From Guillardia theta CCMP2712 (Eukaryota > Protista > Cryptophyta): DNA of 64,000 nucleotides. This document shows positions 11,287 through 24,983 of the stretch, in pieces (position 1 is the stretch's first letter; each line of letters starts with the position of its first letter). Under the pieces are notes generated by a model, which saw nothing but the letters and a program-made list of their open reading frames with translations, did not search any database and was not told where the DNA came from. The stretch is from assembly GCF_000315625.1 (NCBI RefSeq), contig NW_005434544.1, forward strand, positions 65,820-129,819. The letters run 5' to 3'. The position numbers were made by a program, and so were the translations under genes.

Positions 11287-14200
11287 TGGCGCATCTTTCT
11301 ACCTCCTTCTATTGTGAAAGAGAGAACGAGGTTGTAACTGAGGCTAATCTCGATGTAGGATCAACAAAAGGTCATTGTGCAGCATGAGCGTCGCTCTTTA
11401 AACTTCACATGGTCATCAAGGCTACAAACACAGTTTCTGGTGGTGAGATGGAATCCGCCGCCAGGGTTGAAGTCAAAGGAAATCACTGCAATTCAACCGC
11501 AGCTGGTGAAAATTCTATCAAGTCTTCATGATCTGTGCCTCATTTCCGTTCCTTCAGCTTTACCTTTGTTTGGTCCGCCTCCAAGCCCCCCATGCTCAAG
11601 ACCGGGTTCTGTGCGTTCCAACGCCAGCTCCCCAGAGCTGAATGGCATCACTGCGATGGACATACCACGCGGACCTGTCTCAAACTTCTGTAACATCAGG
11701 TATGAGTTGTTGGCCGTCTGGTTGTCTCATGTAAACTGCTCTTTGCAGCCTGCAGACTCGCCTGGTCGATGATCCGGATCAGTTCTCGTCCGACACAGCA
11801 ACGGGTTTGATGTCCTTCGGATGCACGCCTCTTCTGACATCGACTTCAAGGTTCGAGTGGAAGTCCTCGAAGCCCGCGCATGCAGCATCCCCTCTTCAGT
11901 CAGGGACAGGCCAGCCCTGACAAGGTGACTGAACCGGAAAGGCTAGGCAGGAGGATTCGGAGGAATCTGAATATTAGCACGGGACATCGGTGGCGATGGC
12001 TTGCAGTGCGCGCATCGGTTCGATTCAGTGGAGACGATCACTCCAACCTTGCCCGCTTTTGTGGCCTGCAGAAATCACAAGGTCCAGAAGCGAAAGCCAG
12101 GGATGAGGAGTTGAGCGATGATGACGATCTTTTGATTTTTGCAATGAAGGCCAACGCGATGTTGAGACATGGGTATGCCATTGGTAGAAATCTCTGGAAC
12201 AACTTGCAAGTCATAGATAATCAAGCTTCCTTGAACTCGTTTTCTTTCCCAGACTCCGATACAAACAAGGCGCAAAAGGATGTTGAAGGCTCGCAGCAGC
12301 CACAAGAGACGTGGGGCTCAACAGCATTGAAAGGCCTCAGCCTCCTCATCTCCAAGGACAAGAACTCAACGATAGGAAAGCGAGAGGATAATGCAGCTCA
12401 GGACATGAGTGAATGTGGGTCAGTCTCTGGGCCCAAGTCCTCCCCTCAAACCCCTTCGCATGCTTCGTCCCCTGATTCATGGACTGACATCATCTCCCCT
12501 CTCAAGGCCAGCTTGCAAGCGACAGTCTCCTCCATCAAGAGTTCTGCTATCACCGACCTGAACAAGCTCGTGCAGAGCCTCCCCGGCAGCAGGGGAGAAA
12601 CAGCAGCTTCCTTTTTTAATCTGAAAGGCAATGGCGAGAATGTGCACAAGAAGAGGACGATCGTGACTGTAGATGGCCACATGTACGAAGGATCGTTTCT
12701 TGATGGTGTTGCACACGGCTATGGAAGAATGTCTTGGCCAGATGGCCAATGGTTCCAAGGTGAATTTCTGCAAGGAAAGAGCGATGGACTTGGTCGACGC
12801 GTCTGGAACAGCGGGCACGAGTATGTAGGGGAGGAGCATCGAGGCTTTCGACATGGTGTTGGCATTATGTGTTGGCCGAGTGGGAAGAGGTACGAAGGAG
12901 AGTTTCGAATGGACATGAAAGAAGGGATCGGCTTGCTATGGTCCAACTCGGGGAAATTCTATGTCGGCAGCTGGTCTAAGAACGAGCAGCACGGCTTCGG
13001 GTTGGAGCATGAGGACGGGTCGTTTGCTTTCGTTGAATATGTTAGGGGAAAACAACACAAGAGGCTGGGAATTCCTGTAGACTTGCAGAGGCGTATCAAG
13101 GCAAACTTGAACTCGCCAGATGAGATGTCCTTGCTTCCCCGTGACTTGATCTGCAAGTTGCTCATGCTTCCCCTTCCAGAGTACATGCGAGTCGCTCCAG
13201 CTTGTAGTGGAGAGAAGTCGATAGAGGTCGTGGAGCCAGAGGATGCTGGCAGTACAGGAGGAAAGCATCGAAGGAGAGGAAGAGATCGAGTTCGCTCAAG
13301 GCAAAGCCCACAGGGGTCAGATCTCTCAGCCTCAGAACATTCCGATTCTCGAGGGGACCAGTCAGACGATGAAAGGGAGGATGACGAAGAAGAGACGGTG
13401 CATCAGGACCTTCCTCCTCCCCAACGTCAATCGCGGTGGAGAGTGAGCATCTTGCATGGAGACATTGTCGCGATCCCGAGCACATCGGAAGAGTCAAACT
13501 TGGAGGAAGTTATCATTGATGAGACGGACCTGAGTCACCTGCGGCAGAGAAGCTTGCTGGAGGATAGCCTGGCCTCCTGCGATGTCGAAGAGCCTCTGGT
13601 TGTCGAGGAGGACTCGGGATCCTCGCTGAACTCGTCCGAGTGCTCCGCTAGCTCCGAAGAGGACGAGTCTGACGAGTCGTGGTCCAGCGGAGAGGACGGC
13701 AAGAGCAGCGCTTCAAGAGAGAGGATGTCAGACCGGATCCTCGAGATCGTGATGGGAGAGAGCTTGGAAAGGTTGGTGGACGAGGATGACAGCATGCCGC
13801 GCAGGGGAAGGGACGAAGAGACAGCAGACGTCGGCCTCGCCGAGCAACTCTCCTCGCAAGATAGAACAGGCCAGCAGGAGAACGCGGAGCTGCCAGCTGA
13901 GCGTCAGCTGGAGGACGCGGACGCTCAATTCCCTGTCTTGACACGTTTGCCGAGGAGCAGCGCAGAGAGCAACTGGACGTGCCAGGCTGTCAAGCAAGGA
14001 GACGCGAGGAGGGTGGAGGATGCCCTGCGGGCTCACGCTGACCCGAATGTGCTGAGCTCGACCGGTCTCACAGCTCTGCAAGTGGCTTCATTGGAAGGGT
14101 AAGAGAAGCAGAGGAAGGAGGAGAGGGCAAGAGAAGGGGGGGGGGGGAGGGAGGAAGGGATGAACGAAACGACAGAGAGGAGGAGAGGCACCAAGAGAGA

Positions 14201-14981
14201 CAGAGACAGAGGCAGAGAGAAGAAGGAGGAGAAGAAGAGCGGAGTGGGGGACGAGAGGAGTAGGCGTGAGAGGAGAGGAGGACAATGGGGAGGAGGAAGC
14301 TGCTAATGGAGGCTTTGCAGAAAGGACGAGATTCTTCGGCTGCTCCTGAAGGCTGGAGGAGATGTCACTGTAAGATCAAAGACTGGCCTAACTTGCCTCC
14401 ACTGTGCTGCACAGGAAGGGAAAGCGTCGACGTGTAAGGTGACCGAAGTCCTTCCCTGTCCTCTTCCTTACTCTGCCTTCTCATCCTTGCTCCGCTCCTT
14501 ACTCCCCTCTCCTCTCCTTCGCCCTGCCTTCACCTTCAACCTCTGCTGACCCGTCTGCCAGATTCTCCTCTGCGAGGGGATCGATGTCAACGTCGCTACG
14601 TCACTCGAGAAGAATTCAGCACTCCATCTTGCGGTGCTGAATAGGAGGAGCGAAGTTGTGAGGCTCCTCCTCGAGCATGGGGCATCTTGCTCGATAGTCA
14701 ACGTGGATGGCCTGACGCCGATGGACATGGCAAAGAAGCTAAAGGTGAGGAGGATGAGGGAGGGAACAAGCATTGACGTGAGCAACAGGATGGAAATATT
14801 GTGGAGGAGATGAGAAAGATGAGTAGGGAGCTGCCCGGAGCTCAAGTGTAGAGTCTGTAGAATGTGATGTTTTGTTGTTTGTTGTCAGTTGGGGATGAAA
14901 TCTCTTCCCCACAGCCGTCTGAGTCATTCCATCCATCCTGTGCTTGTTCCTCCAAGGGATCATCATCGGACTTGTAGTTGA
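11287..14981 (+). CDS. MORN-repeat + ankyrin-repeat protein
   Basis: About five MORN repeats (YEGSFLDGVAHGYGRMSWPDG, YEGEFRMDMKEGIG) in ORF 11880..14102, then an acidic linker. Spliced ankyrin repeats follow (GLTALQVASLEG|KDEILRLLLKAG, GLTCLHCAAQEG, NSALHLAVLN, GLTPMDMA). Terminal exons are approximate. Confidence 0.85.
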
Positions 14982-15240
14982 AGCAACAGCTTCATGAGCT
15001 GTTAACAATAGCAACAGCTTCTTCAGCTGCTAACAATAGCAACAGCTTCTTCAGTTGCCAATGACACCAAGTCTTGTTTGTCGATCTCTTTCGCTCTCGA
15101 CTAGTAACAAATGGCTCAACCCTCCATGCACATTCCCTGCGAAAGTCTGAATAGCATCAGAACAAGCTGCAAGCCACAGCAGATTCGCAATCGGGTTTGC
15201 CAGGTTTAGAATAAAAGATCAAGATATCGAATTGTACAAC

Positions 15241-17888
<2,648 letters not shown>

Positions 17889-17974
17889 TCAGGACCCTAC
17901 CAGCTATGTACCACCCACCCACCATGAAATTATTATGTAACTAAACGTTTCAACAAATTGACTGATAATTCAGG

Positions 17975-18440
17975 CTTCCCGGCCGGCGACTCCGTGACCG
18001 TACTGTTCACTCTCACTGCGGCGAGGCTTCCGGCCCCCCAGACCGACAGGCTCTGGGCGGCGGGCCGCCACTGAAATGGCGATCATGATACTGAGCGACT
18101 ATGGCCATGTCATGAGTGAAACTTGAGTGGCACTTGCCAGTGCAGTGCGCGGCCAGTCAGTACCGTCGTGACACCGTCACTGTGACCTCGTGTCGGGCCG
18201 TCCGACGGCCGGGCACTGTCACGGCACGGTCGGAGTCCGGTCGGGCATCGGACGGTCGGCCTCGGACCGTACCGGCGTGACCGTTGCCGGCCGGCCGGCA
18301 CCGCGGCACGGTGTCACTCACGGTGCCGTCACGGCGGGGGCCAGTGCGGCGGCGTACTAGTCGGACGCGGCGGAAGCCTGACGGAGCGGCCGCTGACGGA
18401 CTCTCCGAGAGCTTTCCGACTGTCCGACTCAGTCGTTTCA
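17975..18440. other. GC-rich palindromic-word island between divergent genes
   Basis: Same CCGG/GTAC/GTCAC/ACTCAG vocabulary as 9560-10225. Confidence 0.7.
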
Positions 18441-18750
18441 ACTCAGTGTAGGGAGGGTCAAAATTTCAACGCCGGGGGTCGCTGAAATTGGCTGGGGAAA
18501 AGCCGAAGACCCTTCTTTTTTCAAAAAAAATCACGACTCGAATAAAATAATTTTATGCCGTCAGCTACTAGTAGTAGTGACCGCGCCTTTACCGTACCGA
18601 GACCTGAAAAAAGAATGAAAACCGAAACTGCTACCGGTGCCCGCGACCTTCTGACTCGGAGGACCCGAGAGGTACCTTACCCACACAACCCACGCTCCTC
18701 CTGCTGAGTTGCGCATAGCCTCTGGCAAAGGACGCTGAGCATCCCGAGAT

Positions 18751-19542
18751 ATGAACAAAACCAACAAGTCAGCCTCATGGAGACAGTACCATGAAGCTGC
18801 GTCCGTCATTGCCGACGCATTCCAATCGGATCCTCTTTTCATAAAAGCATTCGCCAATGATCGTGCGCGGTATGTTGCAACATATGCTATTGCAGCAGCA
18901 CAAATTGGCAGCGGCAGTTGTTCTATTGATGTCTTGATGGATGAGAACACAAAGGTATTGGAGAGTGCATGCTTATGGGAAGAAACCAAGCAAGACTATA
19001 CACTGGGAGTCCTTGAATTGATCATTAGGAATGTGATCATGGCATTCTCCACATATTTTTACTTCGTCAAGGGTGCGACCTACAAGTTTGGATACAGTGA
19101 GTATATCGGAGGTTTGCTCAATGCAGTTCTCGTAATTTTGTACGGAGTATGCACTTTATGGGTGATTAGGTTTCTTCTGGAGTTCTTTCGTTTTGGTATC
19201 GTGTATGGATATATCACTGCCAGGGGTAGCAGATACATTTCAGAATATGAAAAGGTACATGGCAAGCTTGGCAAGCATAGCAAGCATTTGAGCATGATTG
19301 GAACACTGTCGGCATTCAGAGGCCAGGGCATTGGTTCAATGTTGATGAAATACACATTGCAAAGAGTGGACTCGTCAAACGGTGGTGTAGGTTATGATTA
19401 TCATTATTTGGAGAGCAGCAATCCCAAGAATGTGCCTTTTTATCAGAGACATGGATTTGTAACTGTTGGAGAGATGGGAATCATGGGTGGAACGGTAACC
19501 TTTATGATTCGTAAAAAGGAGGCAACCAGAGTCCCAGAATAA
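18751..19542 (+). CDS. GNAT-family N-acetyltransferase with an internal hydrophobic insertion; intronless
   Basis: Motif A LSMIGTLSAFRGQGIGSMLM and C-terminal YLESSNPKNVPFYQRHGF, with N-terminal ADAFQSDP. Confidence 0.85.
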   Translation: MNKTNKSASWRQYHEAASVIADAFQSDPLFIKAFANDRARYVATYAIAAAQIGSGSCSIDVLMDENTKVLESACLWEETKQDYTLGVLELIIRNVIMAFSTYFYFVKGATYKFGYSEYIGGLLNAVLVILYGVCTLWVIRFLLEFFRFGIVYGYITARGSRYISEYEKVHGKLGKHSKHLSMIGTLSAFRGQGIGSMLMKYTLQRVDSSNGGVGYDYHYLESSNPKNVPFYQRHGFVTVGEMGIMGGTVTFMIRKKEATRVPE

Positions 19543-19728
19543 TGTTGTAGCACAACATCGACGCAGGGTGGCAGAGGAATCTTCAAGGTGGATGGATCGA
19601 TTATGTCTTGTATTAGAGATGCTCTCTGCTTTGATACTGAGTTGTAAAGCTTCTACGTGTCTCTCTCCAATAGCTCAGTGTAGCTCATTTCTCCTGAGAA
19701 ACATGAATAAAACTTGTTTGTCAACAGG

Positions 19729-20054
19729 ATCTCCGATTGACATCGGTGGCATTTCTCTTCAAACCGGCTGTACAACGTCGTGGGGTACTACCAACTATCC
19801 TTGCATCAAGATTGTTGATTACAGCTTCAGTAAACTCCTCAACTTCTACAAGGATCGAAACGGGGCAGCAATGTACGGCCTGTCCTAGAGGCACTGTAGA
19901 CTTCACGCTCCTCTGCCCGTTCGAGCCCAACAAAGGAAAGGGCGGAATCAAAAATCCATGGAGGTGGATGTTGCAGGAAGCGTGTATGAGATTCAAGTTC
20001 AAAAAGCACTTGCACCTGAAGGAGCTCGTGGACGGCAGCAACAAGAAGGGCTGA
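19729..20054 (+). pseudogene. Possible frameshifted gene fragment
   Basis: Two overlapping coding-like frames follow an AG acceptor: ...SKLLNFYKDRNGAAMYGLS* and ...FTLLCPFEPNKGKGGIKNPWRW...KKG*. No family recognised. Confidence 0.25.
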
Positions 20055-20539
20055 ACCTTTGCAATCATCAGGCCCACCGTAGTGCAACAGTTGCATAGTG
20101 CGGCAAAGCGTAGAGTGACATTGAACTGAATTGCCAACTCATTCAAGATGTAGATGCTTTATCTTTTTTGGCTTTTCTTCACGGGTGCTTCTCTCCACAC
20201 CAGAATGAGTAAACGATACTCATGCGCCGAGAAAGTTCAATCTCTGTACTGGATCAGTGTTGATCCAGTCACGAATGTCACTGCGGGGACCACTCGCTTC
20301 GCTCGGTTTATTCAGTTCCGAACGTACCGCCGTGCTGGCAGTTCAACGGCTGATGAACCCGGCCTTGAAACTTATGATTCTGGGACGGTCTCGGACTGAA
20401 GGTAAGAATGAAGTCACTAGTTTCCCGAAGTTTTACCAGCCTCTCAGCCTGTCTGATGCCTTCTGCAAGTGTACGGTCCGGCCGCGGGCCACCAGCGGGG
20501 TGAGCTGCTTCGAATTTTCTGTCTTTACTGTGACATGAG

Positions 20540-20975
20540 TCGCCTCCGGGGGTTCCGAAGAGTCCGGTACACCACCCCGGCCGCCGCGGCAGTGTCCGAT
20601 CCTGGCAGGCTCGAAATCTGACTGTGCCTAGGCCGGCGAACCGTGGGACCGTGGGACCGTCGGACCTCAGGGCCATCATGAGTCCGATGATCGCCCGGCC
20701 GTTCACCGTCCGACGGCGAGAAACCTCCGGTGACTCAGCGGCTGCTCAGTGGGCCGGCCCGGCGGGCCCCGCGGCGCTGCCAGTGCCTAGTCGCGCCTGG
20801 CCGCCACCCGGCAGTCCTGAGCCAGTGGCGCCGCCGGGCTCCGGGCCCAAGCAGTCAACTTTAGCTCCAAGTACAGTGATGCAGCAGCCCGCCGGACCGC
20901 CCGGCCCAGCTGGCAGCCGGGGCTCAGCTGAAGACTCGAACAGAACTGAGGCACCGGGCCGTGCGGTTCCTAGTG
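20540..20975. other. GC-rich palindromic-word island at the 3' end of the CUB gene
   Basis: Rich in CCGG, GGGCCC, ACTCAG and GTAC. Confidence 0.65.
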
Positions 20976-20978
20976 AGT

Positions 20979-22780
20979 CTAGCTATCGCTCCAGGTCAGG
21001 TTGAAGCCGCTCCTCTCGGCGTTGATGGCGCTGGTCTTGAAGACGAGGAGGACCTGCCGGGCAGCAAGTCAGCTCCTGCTCCTCCTCAGCTGCTCTCAGG
21101 CCGCTGCAGGCATGGCAGTGTCATAGCTCACCTCGTTCGACGGGCACGCGATCGGGGCCTCGTTCTTGACTCCAGTGATGGACCGGAAGGCACTAGCCCA
21201 GTTGATCACCTGCAGTGCCGCCAAGTCAGGGTGAGCCGCCATCGTCCTCCTTGCTCGTAAGTCGCCCTTGCCCTCCTCCTCCTCCTCCTCCTCCTCCTCC
21301 TCCTCCTCCTCCTCCTCCTCCTGTCCACAAATGAATGGCCCCCGCTCCCTTGGCCCCCTGCTTACATCCTCATTGCGATAGCGCTCGACGTCCTTGGGCC
21401 CAGCAAAGATCGTGAGCCTCCCGGAAGTTCCGTAGATGTGGAAATCTTGAAATTGAAGAAGAACGTTCTGAACACAACAGTGAGATACCTCGAAACGAGA
21501 GGGAGATGGAAGAATGAGAACAGGAAGGAAGGAGGAGGAAGAGGAGAAGGTGGTGGTGGTGGGGATGGTTGGGGAGGAGCAGGAGGAAGGGGTTGGGCGG
21601 CGGAGGGGACTTCGAGGAGCAGGGGGAGCACGAGGGAGGTTTTACCTTATCTGATTTGATGATCCACCTGCAATCGTTGTCGGAAGGGTCAGGCACAGGC
21701 CCCGTTCCCGTTGTGATGCTTCCTCGCCGGCCCACGAGGTGCACGAGGCCATGGCAGTGATACGGAACGGCAGCAGTCACGTTCGGCTGCTTATGCGCTG
21801 CTGCTCTTTGATTGGTCTCCCTCTCATGCAAGAGAGCGCGCAGCTCTTCTGATTTCTCCTTCCACTTCTGGATCTCCTGCCGCAGGTCATGCTTCAGGGC
21901 CCTGTGGGGTAGCAAGGAAGGGCAGAGAAGTTCTCTACCTCATCCTCCCATCTTGAGGTGTTGCTAAGGCTGTTGAGAATCCCATCGAATCTCTTCCCCT
22001 CTGACTTCTTCAGCTCAACGTTGCTCAGATGCTCCGTTTTCACTCGAGCCAGCGCCTTGCGCGCCTCCTCCTTCCTGTTCAAGGCCTGACCCAAGTCATC
22101 ATGTCCGGGCAGGAGCAGAGCAAGTACGTGTCGATACCTGTTTCATTCTTTGCCATGGATCATCACAATTCACATCACGGCAGATCGATTGTTCGAGCCC
22201 TTCGACCCTCCTTCCCAGCCCTTGGAGCCCATCTAGAAGCTTTCGCCCATCATCTAGGCCTCTCTGAGCAGCAAGTACGTTCTTTCCAATCTTGTAGAGG
22301 AATGTCTGCGCACAGCACATCAAAGTCAGCTTGAGTTATGAGTTTACATTCCACATGTCATGACAATCCTCACACTCGTCGACATGGTCGGGTGTAGATT
22401 CTTCTCTAGCTCCTGCTTAACTTGGTTGTCGAATCTATCTTGAAGTTGGTCTCGAATTCTAGCTCGTGCGATTTGATAAGCTGCAGTTATAACCTGAAGG
22501 TTGACACCAATAAACGAATAAATTTCGAATCAGATCTTCTTCTTACTCTATCCTCTCTCGCGTCTTCGTTGAAAGCATCCTCCAAAACCTTTTCTTTGCC
22601 TTTGATATTAGCGATCAGTTGTCTAGTCAATTTTGTTTCTTTCAATTCTGTCGGTTTTGAAACCTTCTGTCCTTCTTGGCAAAACAGCCAACCCGCGCAG
22701 AACAAACAGAGCGTTGCAGCGAATAGCACGCGGAGGAAACGGAGACGATCTCCTTGAGAAGTTGTCTTGTTCTTGATCAT
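20979..22780 (-). CDS. Signal-anchored coiled-coil protein with a C-terminal CUB domain
   Basis: N-terminal hydrophobic segment FLRVLFAATLCLFCAGWLF. The C-terminal exons read CHGLVHLVGRRGSITTG...DNDCRWII...VLLQFQDFHIY...LTIFAG...CPSNE|VLLVFKTSAINAERSGFNLTWSDS*, which is the CUB pattern. Confidence 0.7.
21272..21322. repeat. (TCC)n intronic microsatellite
   Basis: Read directly from the sequence. Confidence 0.95.
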
Positions 22781-23269
22781 AGCGTGTTCTTGTGACAAGT
22801 CAGCTTGTGCAGCATCAATCATTTTCGAAGGTAAGCCAATCCACGAACTCTGCTCCACCTCACTCAGGCGTGAAACAGCAAGTGCATGTTAGGGACAATC
22901 AAGAGAATCGTTCAGTGTGCTGTCTGGTGGCTGTGATGTGCTTCTTGTCAGTTTGTTCTTTCAACTCTCTGGCTCCAGCTGCTCTTGGCAATCAAACATC
23001 TCGATTGCATACTTCGATCGTCACTGTCTTACCACAGGATATCACCATTCCCCTTCAACAGTGTTCACGCGCTATTGCCGTCGCAGCCGGCCATGGCGAT
23101 TGTTATCTATTTCCGGTTTACCGGTTTGCTTGTAGTAACCGGAGGGACTGCGGCCCTGCCGGCGTCAGACTGAGGATATCCGGGCCCGGATGCTACAGAC
23201 ACTGAGACGGTGAGTGCGCCTCACTATGGGCTACCACAATAAATTTACTCATCAAAGTTAAGTTATCCA

Positions 23270-24000
23270 CCCATATTGATCCCCAGCCTCCGCCGGGCGC
23301 TCAAGGACGTTCGGAATGCCGCGGACTACCCCTCCCCCCCCTGGAGAGGATGACCGTCCGACACTGAGGACCTAGAAGGGCCCTCCACCCGGGGCGCGAT
23401 CATAGTCCGTTTCAGTTAGGGCCTCCGGTAGTAAAACATCTCAGATGACCCCCCTTCCCCCACCGTCTTCAGGACCACTGCTGCAGCCCGGTCTGTCACC
23501 CTTCTAAACGCCTTTAGGAGGGCGGTGGGTAGGTCATCTGACATACGGCTGATAGCACCCCGCTGCCATATCCTATAGTAGTAGCAAGGTACCATTGGGG
23601 GTGGGGGGGGGGGGGGGGTGGTTGGGAATGGAAACTGTACCCGGTGACCGGACGCACCACTGAGGCGAGGGGTAGGGGTCCGACAAGGGGGACCGGGGGG
23701 TTATCGCGGCTGTTATGGTCACGATACTTCGGATGGGGTCACCGGTGGTAGCACTGCGGCAAGTAGGCGGGTCCGACAGCGTGGGGGGTGGGGTGGGGGG
23801 GTACGAGATCAGACCAACCCACCCCAGACATGTATATCTCCCTGATGGATGTCTACTTCTTTGGTACCCCCCATTTCTCCCTTCATACACCCCACTATTT
23901 CCCACAACATGATCTATCCTCCATATTACTCCGGTTCTGACCACCTCCATAACCCCACCATTGCCCACCCCCACCCCCCTGCCAATCCTTTTGTTCCTAG
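23270..24000. other. ACCCC/GGGGT block with internal orientation switches
   Basis: A C-rich segment, then a G-rich segment (23590-23800), then a C-rich segment. Confidence 0.65.
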
Positions 24001-24094
24001 GTCCGCCTGTACCAACCACCTGATATTGATAAAACAATGCTCGGACCTCCTGCTCCTGCTCCTGACACCGAGTTGCTGCCGTCACTACTGCTAT

Positions 24095-24198
24095 CCTCCT
24101 CCTGCTCCTCCTGCTCCTCCTGCTCCTCCTGCTCCTCCTGCTCCTCCTGCTCCTCCTGCTCCTCCTGCTCCTCCTGCTCCTCCTGCTCCTCCTGCTCT
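24095..24198. repeat. (CCTGCTCCT)n 9-bp tandem repeat
   Basis: About 11 copies, read directly. Confidence 0.95.
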
Positions 24199-24983
24199 TG
24201 CATCCACAGCTCAGCTGTTTTGTTCACTCCCTTCTTGTGTTTCCTGCTTCTGGTTAGTCCTGGACGTGAAATTGCTCCTTCGGCTCATCCTGGTTTGGAA
24301 ATTCTGTTCCGCTTGTCCTGCGTTTCCATCTCATCGGGGTGTTGCCCTCCTCTTCCTCTGAATTCATTTTGGATTATGTGTTCTGCTGCTCCTGTCCAGA
24401 AATGTCTGCACTTCTGCTAGTGTTGGAAACCTTTGTTTCAACGACTGGCTGTAATTGTCTTTACCTAACTTCTAGCGTAACTGATCGAATCATGAATTTC
24501 AAACTTTCACATGTCAACATCGATTATGTTGCAGTGTCTGAGGAGTTTGTCTGTATAGATTGAGTTTGAGCAGTCACAGGCATTGCTAGCAGATTCATCC
24601 CTTGTGTGATCTAGCTGATTTGCTTTCCCAGGATAATTTCTTGGGGAATCCCACACGCATCTGCCGAATAGCATGGTGGGATTTCTTGCATACTCCATTG
24701 GTGTTGGGACGGGTTACTGTTTCACATTCTCTTGACCGTCATTGATCTACCATGTCCCTGTGAAACCATGACAGAATAAGAGCCTTGTTCGTTTCATTAG
24801 ATTGAAGACCCTGTCTGTTGCATGGTGGAGATCAAGCTCGAGAGGTGAACAGTGGAACTGGTTGGTAAAATGCTCATCAGACGGGGCTTTCTCGTAGTCG
24901 ATGTGAGCGAATAGAGGGTTGTAGCTTTATGCCGTTGATGTAAGGTTGTCGACAAATACTGATCTGAATAAGTTCTTGTCGCA

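Noticed and set aside
21860-21915. U-box-like tail (PHRALKHDLRQEIQKW) in ORF 21370..21915
   Set aside because: Frame logic and a TGAC branch point place this stretch in an intron (acceptor before EIQKW), and the rest of a U-box is absent.
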